DNA of 64,000 nucleotides from Botryllus schlosseri (Eukaryota): assembly GCA_051294905.1 (NCBI GenBank), contig CM119374.1, positions 22,196,001 to 22,260,000 on the forward strand. Direction: 5' to 3'. The position numbers and the translations under genes were made by a program. The notes below the pieces were generated by a model. The model saw nothing but the letters and a program-made list of their open reading frames with translations, did not search any database and was not told the DNA's origin. Position 1 is the stretch's first letter; each line of letters starts with the position of its first letter. Of this stretch, positions 1 through 10,788 are shown one piece after another.

Positions 1-378
1 GACTGTAGCATAGCTATACAGTTAGTCGCGTATTTTATTTGCGGTTCTACGTGTGCTTGATAGACGTCTTCTTGCATGCATATTAAACTTTATATTGGTA
101 ATTTGATGCAAGATAAATGGCAAATTATTCTGTCTTTCACACAGCTAGCAGAATGTAATCGCTGATACGTCGAAAATTCAATTTGACTTGAATTGTGACT
201 TGACTCGTGACTCGACTTGACTTGACTTGACTTGACTTGAGTCACATCCAAAAAACGAGTGACTTGACTTGACTCGAGTCATCTTCGAAAATTGATTGAC
301 TTGACTTGACTCGAGTCAAAATGTGCAATGACTCGAGATGACTCGTGACTCGAAGGTAGTGACTTGATCCCAACACTG
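1..378 (-). mobile_element. Partial hAT-type MITE (GACTC/GAGTC-array family), truncated by the window start
   Basis: Reverse complement of 48779-49163; ends in the TIR ...GATCCCAACACTG at 378; arrays of GACTT/GACTCGAGTC motifs. Confidence 0.8.
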
Positions 379-630
379 GTGAGAGGTATGCGAGACACTA
401 AACTTAACTCATTATAGAATATCCCATAGTTGAACTATAATAGAATTCATTCATTGCTCCAGATAGCCAAGGTTTATTTGTCACCGTCTTATTTCGTCAT
501 AATTTTGGAATTATTGACATGGGTGCATAAATGTTTGCTATACATTATCCATCTGCAGATACAGATATATCTTATTCTAAGTATTCTGTTTTGTTCAATA
601 TATATTGCTATGATAACAAAACTATATTAC

Positions 631-3600
631 CTGCGAAATCCGTTCGGCAAAGGCCACAGCAAATTTAGCACCGTACGATTGGCAAAAGATATACAACGGA
701 CTGTCCTGTAAGAGCGTCGAAAAATAGAATGTCATATCTACAACCATACATTTCATAGGCACGGCACAGTACCGATTCATTCTAAGCATAAATACGGGAA
801 CTTGATCCCACCATGTAAGAGGATTAGCTGGTATTCAACGAACAAAAACCTAACCTGGAGGAAATATCATCAGTGTACGAGGCTAAACCATAACTGTTGA
901 ATCGACTTCCAGAGTGTAATTATAAGTGACGTGCATTCAGTGTGACATTACTCGGCTGACTGGCTGTTAATTTCGCCAATGGTTCTTATTAGATCATCCT
1001 AGGAGTTGCAATCCGCTGTAAGCCACGTAGCCGAAGAGTAATATGGCAATTAATCTATTTTTTCTGACATTTATTCAGGGACAAATAATAAGTTTAAGCA
1101 TACGTTTATGAAAGATATGAATATCGGAGGTTTGCGTAAATTTTCCCCTCACCTATTTTACAGAATAAATCGTTCCTAAGTAATTATGGCATGAGCCGAA
1201 TCTTAATCCCAATCCGGTCAAAGTTCATACCTGAAATTCAGGTAATTTCTGGTAAAAAGTCTTGAGCAAAACCAGCAAATCGTCTGCCGCCTGATCTACA
1301 TCCCTGGCAAAAGCTTCCTCACTAACGTAACTGTACCCGGTACCGACGGGTTGGTCGATGAATAGAGTGTGTGCCAGACCCGTCCATGACGTTGGCCTCC
1401 TTTCAAGATTCAGGTCCAGCGGCCCGATTTCTTCAAATAGACCATAGCCAGTGGACGCTCCTCCGGGACCACCCTAAACACGTAGATATTCATGAATCCA
1501 GTAATCCACAAGCCCTGATCATTGTGATCTAGAATCAAATCAATATAACTCGGATGGGGTCAGTAACGAAGTACTATACCAAGTACTATTTTGTAGTACT
1601 CATATACGTTCGACCTACGTACACTACTTACTCAAAGTCGTTTTGTTTTCAGATTAATTCCACTTCTATACTGGACAGTTTTTGTTAATAAGTTACTTTT
1701 CATACATTTCTAATTTTGGTAAGAACAATGTAGCTTTGGATATGTTTGCCTCAGTTCTATGACAGGAATTCTCATTGGAATCTCATCGAAAGTAGGATAT
1801 TTACCACGGTAACTGAATATATTTTCGAAGATTGCACCAATGTGTAGTTTCATTACTCATTTTGCGTTAGTCGTGTATATAGATACACCCTGTAATTAGT
1901 GTGATACATAAAGTAATGACCACGGATTAACTATAATACTATTCATTTTACCATCCTACTTCCACTTGGAGTAGCCTAGTTATGACAAGTCATGGAAATG
2001 ATTCACTGTTTATACCTGCAATTGAGTAGACATTTACGATGGTACATCTACTTCTACTTGTATACAAACGCTGTCTAATTTTGCCTCCGCTGCTGTTACT
2101 TCAACTGACCACTTTTTGTACGTCATACCTGTAACCATATCACTAACGGCGTGGGGTGTATCGCGGACATGTGGTTCGGCTTGAAACTGTCATCCTGGTA
2201 GTATAAAGCCCAAAACATATTCGCATTTTCCCGAACTTGAACATAACCGCTATCCGTACGAATACTTGACATCGCACTCTCAAACGGACTTGGCGACGAC
2301 GTAGTCGTTTGGGTGAGTTCTGAAAATAGTGGTTAATGGGATTGAATTTTGAATTCTGAGTTAAAGTGTAATTAATGGTAATGTTTTAAATCAAGGGCCT
2401 CCACCCGCAACCTGCGGATGGAATGACGACCACGGGGGAAGCTTTGCGGCCGGCGCAGAAGTACCAATTTTGAATGTAGTGTATAGCGCGCGAAAGAGTT
2501 CTCCGATTTGGCTTTCGGACTGCCATATTTTTAAAGCTCAAATGGACTAACAGAAGAGACAGCAATCACTAAAATCAACGAAATATACATTGCTGACTTT
2601 GCAAATAAATAGGTTTCAAAATATTTATTCAGTACAATGTAGCCCGAAACTTGCTTTTGGGCTCTGAGTGATTTACGACCAGGTATAAATCATGAATGTG
2701 AAGAATCCAATGTCTTGCAATTTCCGTTAACAATTCGTTTTAAAATGTTGGGCCTTGCGACATATATGATGCTATCACCGCGTTTGGTAGGCCTATATGT
2801 ACCGCGCTTGTGATTTTCCTTACCGCTTGTGATTTGCCGATAGTGATTTGCCTTACCTATCCTGATCCTGTGTTGTGATTTATCCTGTATCGTTTTAACA
2901 TTAATCCATTAGTATCGTGTACCACGCGCACAAGAATCAGCTATACATTACGATTAGTTTACCTACCTTCCACAGTTTCTGAGGTGAAATATATAGGTAA
3001 CACGATAACCATGAGCAAAACTGCAGTTATCGCCATTCCGCCGATGATGTACAAAGTGTGCTTTCGTGATGAGTCTTTGGGCTGTGAAACGCGTATAACA
3101 TGCGCATAACTAAGTTTGGCGGAATTATAGACGACTTAGCCTATACATTACACTAATTGCAGGCATTCAATATACATTCGTAGGAATTCCACTGTAACAC
3201 GCGTAAGGCCGTTTTGCGATACATATAATTAACTAGTTATTGTCCGTGATGCACCAAGCCACACACCCACATATATGCGATAAGCATCACTACAGAGCTG
3301 ATCAACAATAATAAAAATTACAATAAGCCGAAGTTCTATCTTGGTATATACTATACAAAAATACACCAGTATCTTCATTCGATCTACTAAAGCTACACGC
3401 ATAATATTCTGTGACATGACTGTCCCTATTGCATAGCGAGGACATGTTTATAGCATATATATACTTTTGATACTGTAGCCTTGATGATTTTCACGGAAAC
3501 TTTGAATAATCACCTGTGAATATTGATCTATATACTTTCGATAGTGAAATTCAAATTGGATTTAAAAAATACCCCTTGTCAGATTATTAAATGTGGTTGG

Positions 3601-3721
3601 TAATGTCATTTAAATATTATATTATACTATAATATTATAGATGTTATAGTATAGAAGTTTGAAAGACGCTTACCTGTACATTTTGTGAATGTGGGTGGTC
3701 TATCTCGTCAAACCCGCCCAT
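631..3721 (-). CDS. SCPEP1: Serine carboxypeptidase (peptidase S10, SCPEP1/RISC-like), 5' five coding exons; gene continues beyond the left edge
   Basis: Minus-strand exons 3674-3721, 2967-3081, 2129-2319, 1231-1473 and 631-705 join with GT-AG sites and matching phases. Translation has GYVQVRENANMFWALYY, PLVIWLQ|GGPGGASTGYGLFEEIGPLD, LFIDQPVGTGYSYV and PLYIFCQSYGAK, collinear with SCPEP1 motifs (WLQGGPGGSSTGFGNFEEIGP; LFVDNPVGTGFSYV; YIFSESYGGK). Symbol denotes family likeness; orthology untested. Confidence 0.88.
1555..1990. repeat. Degenerate AGTA/TACT-rich MITE-like repeat (similar patches near 14930-15080 and 44540-44760)
   Basis: Clustered AAGTAC/TACTC/AGTAG motifs recur at three loci; termini and TSD not resolved. 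Confidence 0.3.
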
Positions 3722-4328
3722 TATACTCAATTACTACTGCAAGAAAGACACAATAGCAATTGACCATCAAAATTGATTCGACTGTATATCAACTATTCAT
3801 GATGTGTCGATTGCACAATACACCTGTTTCTGATTTCTTAAAACACCGTGCAAACTTCTTTAGTCTAATATCTGCGTTTTAACATTAGATTTCGTTAATC
3901 TGACGGTTATGACAGCCTACGTCATTACAATATTGCTCGATGCAATCTCACTAAAATGTGATCGGTACTGTTTCCTTATGTTCTTTGAATGATCTAATAA
4001 GGTTCGAACTTAGGACAGGGGATATGCGGTGGACAAATATTGCATATATTGGAGGAGAGGAGACCAGTAAACAAAGTGTAAGATGATTCATAGAATTAAA
4101 CTCGATCGCCACCTACATGAAGAGTATCAGGTGCATTCCTACCTCTCTCACTTCTATATTGATTGCATAACTCAATATAATGTTGTCGGTACGGATGCTG
4201 CGAACCCTAACCGGATTTGTTTCGTGTGAACACAAACTTTGATTAAAGATGAGCGCGAAAATCACGACGGCACTATGGTAGTTCGAAGATAAATCGCTCA
4301 ATGCCTTCAATCTGTGTAATGTATAGGA

Positions 4329-5634
4329 CAGTGGTTCTCAACCGGGGGTCCGCGAAGAATTTTCAGGGGTCTGCAAAGCCCCTAAATTTAGAAAACGATT
4401 GATAACCGTAATTTTATTCCATTTTCAAAATAGAGAACTTACGAGGCAGTTTCGCTTCGTTACTGCAACAATTTCATGACTCGCACATCAACAGAATGAC
4501 CGTCTGAGATGAAACATCATATTGTGCAAATTTTATTTATCAAATTAACAATAGCTAATAAATATATACATATTGCTGTTTAGAAATGTTTTGGGAGGTT
4601 TGTGGAAAAAATAAAATGTAGAATTAACAAGGTCAATCAGCGTGACTTCAAATGTTTGCAAAAATCCATTTTTCCAGTGATATACATAACCACTATTCCA
4701 GAACAACTTCGAGATGAGCTGCTGGATGGAAATGACTAGAATGGACGTTATATGTTCAATAAAAAATATCTGTCTCAATTCTGGCGGCATATGTGTTGCG
4801 ATCATACCCAAAGGGTCGTCAGAAGCGTTGCCCATTATTATACCAATCGCCACCACCTATATTTGTGGAAATAAAGTTTCGGCACTCGCTCATGTCAAAT
4901 CGAAGGGGCGGATTTTCAAGACACTATAACACGTATTTCAAGAAATTCAGCTGCAGAATTCGCTACCGTCAACCCAATTTCTACATTAATAGTGTGATCT
5001 CAAGAATAGTCATGTTGTTGCTGTTTGTCACTAGCAGTGGTGGCCCTACGAACGGGGGGGGGGGGGGTGGGCGAGACTCACCTGGGGGCCTTATAAGCAT
5101 CTAACCGTAACTTCTGGGGCCCTCCGCCCCCAAGACCCCCCTTTCGCTTCTCTTATTATTATCTATCTTTACCACGGTAAGGTTCGGTCAGGTGCTGGAT
5201 TCGGCCATTTCTGTTATTGCATGTGTGCATAAGGATAGACTACATCAAAACTACGTCATTCTACCGCATGCAGAGACGTGATGATTATCGGGATACGGGA
5301 CTTATGTAACAAATGCAGAGATTTGATGATGATTGACACATCTGTACGTAATCATATTCTTGCTTGGTACACGGATTTCCATGTTTATTTGTTATTATCC
5401 TTGAAAAAAGCGCATCATTCAAATAGGGATGGCTTCGACCAGGGGGGCGGGCGTCCGCCCACCTCGCCCACCCCAAAAGCCACCACTGGTCACTAGCCTA
5501 CAGGTAATATTAGAAAAACACAGATGACGGTTGCACGATAATTGAGCTAAATTTGAACTAAAACTCGGGGGTTCCGCGGGGGTCCTTGACCGTCCAAAAG
5601 GGGCCCGCGAAAACAAAAAGGTTGAGAACAACTG
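4329..5634 (+). mobile_element. Non-autonomous hAT (Charlie/Buster-type) element with transposase C-terminal remnant
   Basis: TIRs CAGTGGTTCTCAACC / GGTTGAGAACAACTG; flanks GTATAGGA / CTATATGA (6/8). Internal frame ALPIIIPIATTYICGNKVSALAHVKSKGR (~4820-4910) resembles the Buster/Charlie hAT dimerisation motif (LPFATTYLCExGFSAL..IKTKxR). Confidence 0.8.
5035..5488. mobile_element. hAT-type MITE nested inside the 4329-5634 element
   Basis: TIRs CAGTGGTGGC / GCCACCACTG; exact 8-bp TSD GTCACTAG at 5027-5034 and 5489-5496. Confidence 0.9.
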
Positions 5635-7430
5635 CTATATGATATTGCCGGGATTTCCGTTCCATAAAGGCCCCTCATTTGCATACAGTGTTGTTGGGCC
5701 GATCAATGAACCCTCTGAGTCCAGGAACAATTTGGTACCACAATACCCAAATTACTGTGGTGTCATCAGAAAGGACTGACTATGCCACTGCCCGGAACTA
5801 TACGCAAAGAGAGAGATAGAGAGAACCTTTATTTGCCAACAGTGCAAATCAATATCATATACAACAAAAACGTAATCCTGTGAAATTAGACACATGGCAA
5901 GCAAGATATATACGGGATGGAGGCTGCTCGATACTAAAAAATCATCAAAGCCGAGCCACCCAAGCACGTGACGGTGACGGACACTAGTCATCATATTATT
6001 CATAACATAACCGCAATAATGTGATTTTCCGCGACATCCTCGAGAATCAATAAATTTCCGAGTATGCTGGGTTTATCTTAGTCTTGTGTTCACGTTCCTT
6101 TCCTGCAGTCACCATGATGCACATAGTTATAGATAACGTTACTTATTTCAGCTATTCAGATTTTCCGTAGGTGCATGGCGTGATAATAAGTGATACTCGA
6201 GAACTCGATTCGACCTGATGCTCAACGTTCAATTCAAAATCGAATCATCTATCTATTGAAACTCGATTTCTCTAACCTGCTTCAGAGAGATTTTGAATGA
6301 CAGGTTTGGAGGAAAAATGAGACGTATCCTATTTTCCTTACGAAGCAAATCCAAGTCGCTAGCTGTAATCACTAAAATCTATTCGAATAATCACAGAAAG
6401 CTATAAACGATGGAAAAGAACGCTCTGAGTTTGCTCGAAAGTAAATCGCAATTGGAACGGGGTGACATCCTTGGCAACGTGCGAAGAGTTAATGATCTAA
6501 AAGTAATTATTACGATGTTAACCGTAATTTCGAATCAGCCGAGCACCATCGAAGTAATTGGAATGAAACGGTGTAGGGAAATGTGAGAGACTAATGTATG
6601 GCGAGGCAGTGTTGGAAAACGCAGGACATCTCTTGACACGTCGAAGATAGAAAATTATGATGATTGGTGTTGATCGTGACAATGTCATCAGAAAATCCAT
6701 TTGTTTAAAGATAAAATTGACTATATATAGAGTGCAAATGATGGATTTAAGAGCGTGAGTTTAGGAGATATCGCTGCAGAGCCACACAGTGAGGTTTTAA
6801 GGTAATTGCGTTGTAGAAGCCGTTGGAAGTGATTGGTATATCAATCTGATGTTGACGTGGATTATGACGGTAAAAAAGCTGAACTTGAGATTCATGTACA
6901 CTTGTACAGGAAGGTAGTGGTGATCCACCTAGCACCATGACAAATTGGTTTCCGCTCATTTGTGAAATCAATCTGAGACTTGATCCGGAGTAGTAGTATC
7001 AGGTATATGTTCGATCTCGGGACGGTGCCGTGTTCTTGTACTTATGATAATATTTCTTCCAAGTTGCAGGCTTTATTTATAGTATGGGAAAAATAACTGA
7101 CCGGTGAAGTAGGTTCGTTTCAGTGGTGATACGGGGATATTACTCTCAATGAATATATAGTAAAAACAAATACTATATTGTATTAACATGAACCATGTAA
7201 AATGTAAGATAAAAATGTGGTTTAGAATGAACGTGTGGCGGCCAATTTCGTATTGTGTATTGTATTGTATCTGTACGTGATTTCTTAAGAAGATTGCATA
7301 GTTGAAAGAAATCGCCTTCATCGTGTATACCTGTGGAGTGGATTCACCCCGCTGGGCGGTAGCACATCCCTCGCGGCGCGGTGCGGCGCGGCCTAAATCG
7401 TCGAAAGTACACGTTATGTATATCCTAGAC

Positions 7431-8614
7431 CAGGGGTCTCCAACACGCGGCCCGCGGGCCGCATGCGGCCCGCGAGGTCCTATTTTGCGGCCCGCGACCT
7501 GATTTGAACAAATTTCAGAAAAACGCTTAGTAAATCATTTTTAAACGCTGAAAATTATTTCAATTGAAACATAATGTTGTTGTTGTTCGAAGTAAGCCAT
7601 TACACTGTGCCCAATATCACTATTCCTTACTAGTTGATACGGCTTCGACATGGTAATATCATTCCATGGATGAAGAATTTGCTGGTACGAATGGCATAAT
7701 ATTGCCTTGACGTGCAATGGCCCACCACTGCCAAGACCGACACGCGTGAAAAACGACTTCGGGCTCTCCAAAAGACCATGCTTTACGAGGAGATAGTTGT
7801 TTAGCAAGTAGGCCTACCGTGTCTAGCTAATCCAAATATTGATTCTTTAATCCAGGGGTGGCCAATCTGCGGTAGTAGAAGGGAAATTATGCGGCTGTCG
7901 ACACTTTTGATAACAACCCTACGTTTTCTAAGATACCCCCTGCATCAGCTCCATCGGTGAATCTGATCTCATTGGCCGAGAAAGGATAAATATTTTATAG
8001 TAATATGTGAAACCATACGAATATTGACGAAATTCACTAATAAACATGAAAAATTTTTCGCGCTTCGCGCGACTACAGACCGGGGTGTCCTGTGACTATT
8101 ACAACATAACTACTAACGATTTCGGTCCGCATAGTAAGCCGATGTGCATAAATTGATTAGTTCGGAGTGTACCGGCAATGGACATGGACAGGTTAACGTG
8201 GGCATTTGGCCCCAGCTAGTTTATCACGACTATAACAACCGGTATGCGGCCGCAGGCTACATGAGTAATCGAAAAGCGGCCATGAAGAGCAAAAATGTGG
8301 GCCACCCCTGTTTTAGCGGCTACAGAGTGTCAGGTATCGTGTACAGCTCATAGTTCAAAATATAACGAAATTGGAAATTGATGATCATGATACTTTTGTT
8401 GTATTTGTGTTTGTTCAATAAAGTATTATTTCTTTTGTGGTGACTATAACCGTCGCCTATGTTAGAGAGCACAGCATTGTAATAACGAAGAGTTATCAGA
8501 TGTGGTTGCTGAACTGCTTTGCCTACTTTTATATCGATATTGATGTCCTGCGGCCCGCGGCATCTCGGCATTCGGAAAAGTGGCCCGCGACCCATTTTGA
8601 GTTGGCGACCCCTA
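7431..8614. mobile_element. Non-autonomous hAT (Charlie-like) element
   Basis: TIRs CAGGGGTCTCCAAC / GTTGGCGACCCCTA; subterminal GCGGCCCGCG repeats at both ends; exact 8-bp TSD TCCTAGAC (7423-7430, 8615-8622). Confidence 0.88.
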
Positions 8615-10788
8615 TCCTAGACATTGTCTGAGAAAATATCATTTATGTTTGTCTTTAGATTTCCGCAGAACTTGAGCAGATTTCAGCGGAACTTGGGCTA
8701 TGTGAAGTGGCTGTCAGTGAAAAGGGACTTCCATTCGCGTCAACGACTGCCAAAGGCTATTTCAATCCACTGGCATCAGATCAAGGTGACTTCGTGTTCG
8801 CTGGAAACGAACTGCATCCGTGACCAAATGATTGGCGAGCACTTTCGGATATTTCACAAAGGAAGTTCCTTCGAAATCAACACGGGCAAACGCTGAATAA
8901 ATCTTGTCGCGCAATCGCCTCGCTATGCTATCACAATAGCACCGCTGAAAACTATTTTTGCAGATCGTTGCTAAAATGGACGCATACGGACTTTAAGCGG
9001 TACAGCACCGAACTTGATTTTAAATCTGTTAGTGGCGCGAAACTACGGCAAACCGCCATAAAGAGTGGACTTGCTGCATACCATATGGTATAGGCAACGT
9101 CTCATTACAAGGTTCAACTGCAAGAAATAGTACGGGGTGATCACAGCAATATAATAAGACATATAATGACTGAGTAGGAGACCTGTGATGCTCGGAGCAA
9201 CACGGGCTCGTTTCTGGATGCGAAGCCACTTGACTACGTTGCGAAATGGTCGGCCTGATGTCGGTATAATGAATGGAACGATGATTACTTACGAGTTCAC
9301 ATCTCGTATAAACCCATTGATGTGACCTTAGATGCGGAAAACGTCGTTGGACGCAGAAGACTTGTAGTACTCTTATCGATATCGTCGGAAACCATAAATG
9401 TCCAGGATATACGACATATATAACTGGTTTGAAGCAATGTAAAATATTACTTGAAGCCCGCAATCTCATTTCAAGCTGAAGATATCTGCTTCTGCTATTT
9501 TATGGCGGATATTTGCATTGTACTTTGGTTATATTTCATCTGCTTGGTTATCTATCATACCCGACTGGCGGTGTTCAATTTGAAATAAGCGTGCGGGATA
9601 CAACAGAGGGTTGGCAGCAAGAGTAATCGGTAAAGCGCGGATTGAAGTTGTCAATGAGCCTAGCGGGATTTGGACAGTGTTCTATGATCACAAGTAACAA
9701 TCCTAAGCCACAAATAGAATATCGTTCGCTTGAATTGAAATGAAAAACAACATCAGTAGTCCTAGAGTTCAAACAATCCGCTTGGTTTTTAACGCCAGCC
9801 TTGGATTTTTCAAAATGCACGAATACGATATCGTAGCGGTGACTGGCGAGCATTACCCTCTTGCGTTGTAATTACCAAACAAATATATCCAACAACATCA
9901 TTGTGATGGGGCATATCAAATACATATTAGGGGAACATTATCCTCGCGGATTAAATGCTAGTTGCACATGCAAATGCGTGTTCCAAAGTTCTGTCTGTTT
10001 TGTTATCAAGTCGTCTATAGCTTATATCCTCACACCAACGCGTAACGCAGAGGTAACGAGACCGTTATCTGTAATAAACAATTAAATTCGCTTGTTTAAT
10101 CGTCCGTTTGTTCTCTCTATTTGCATACTCACTGTCTGTCATATGTCTGCTATTGTGGTGGGTGCCCGGCACCATGATATTGCATAGTGCATTGATAAGG
10201 ATAACGAGCTAATCACCTCAACCTGCCGACCAAAATAACAAGCACATAGAAATCTCATGCATAAGCTAGTATGCACCGAAAACGAGACGCGTTCTGATTA
10301 TCAAACGAACTGTTGCGATTTCCGATCAAGTATATAATGGCAAAGCGCGTGAACTTGCCATTTCAGTAAAAAGATATGTGGTGAAAGGAGGTGGGACTAG
10401 GTTCAAGTATAGTCAAAGGGCAGTTTTGGTACAACTCGTAACGATATTTGCCGTGTGATCCCCGGACAGGGATATACTTTTAATATGTAAATATAACATA
10501 GAATTGATCCGTTGTACTATTTCATTTTGCATCGACCAAGAGTTCATTGGGTCAGGAAAACGCCAATATTGGCTCTTATGGCACTGTTGTGACAATAGTC
10601 ATGCAGTTACTCAGAGCCGAACGGAATTTCTTATTTTCATATTCGTCGGTAATTTATGGAGTTAGCATTTGTAAGCTATAGTCGACGTAGATGCAGATTT
10701 ATCAGTAGATACAGGCATTAGGCATGCACTTTTTCACCTTCCAATTTTAGTTTCAGAATATATTAAATATCGTTAGAAGTTTTGGGTG

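Noticed and set aside
180-350. CRISPR-like or satellite array (GACTTGACTCGAGTC repeats; also 48800-48965 and 63290-63800)
   Set aside because: No repeat-spacer periodicity, eukaryotic context, and the arrays sit inside TIR/TSD-bounded MITEs as subterminal repeats.
6100-7050. Decayed coding sequence on the minus strand
   Set aside because: Some hydrophobic stretches, but stop density is not clearly unusual and no family motif was recognised.
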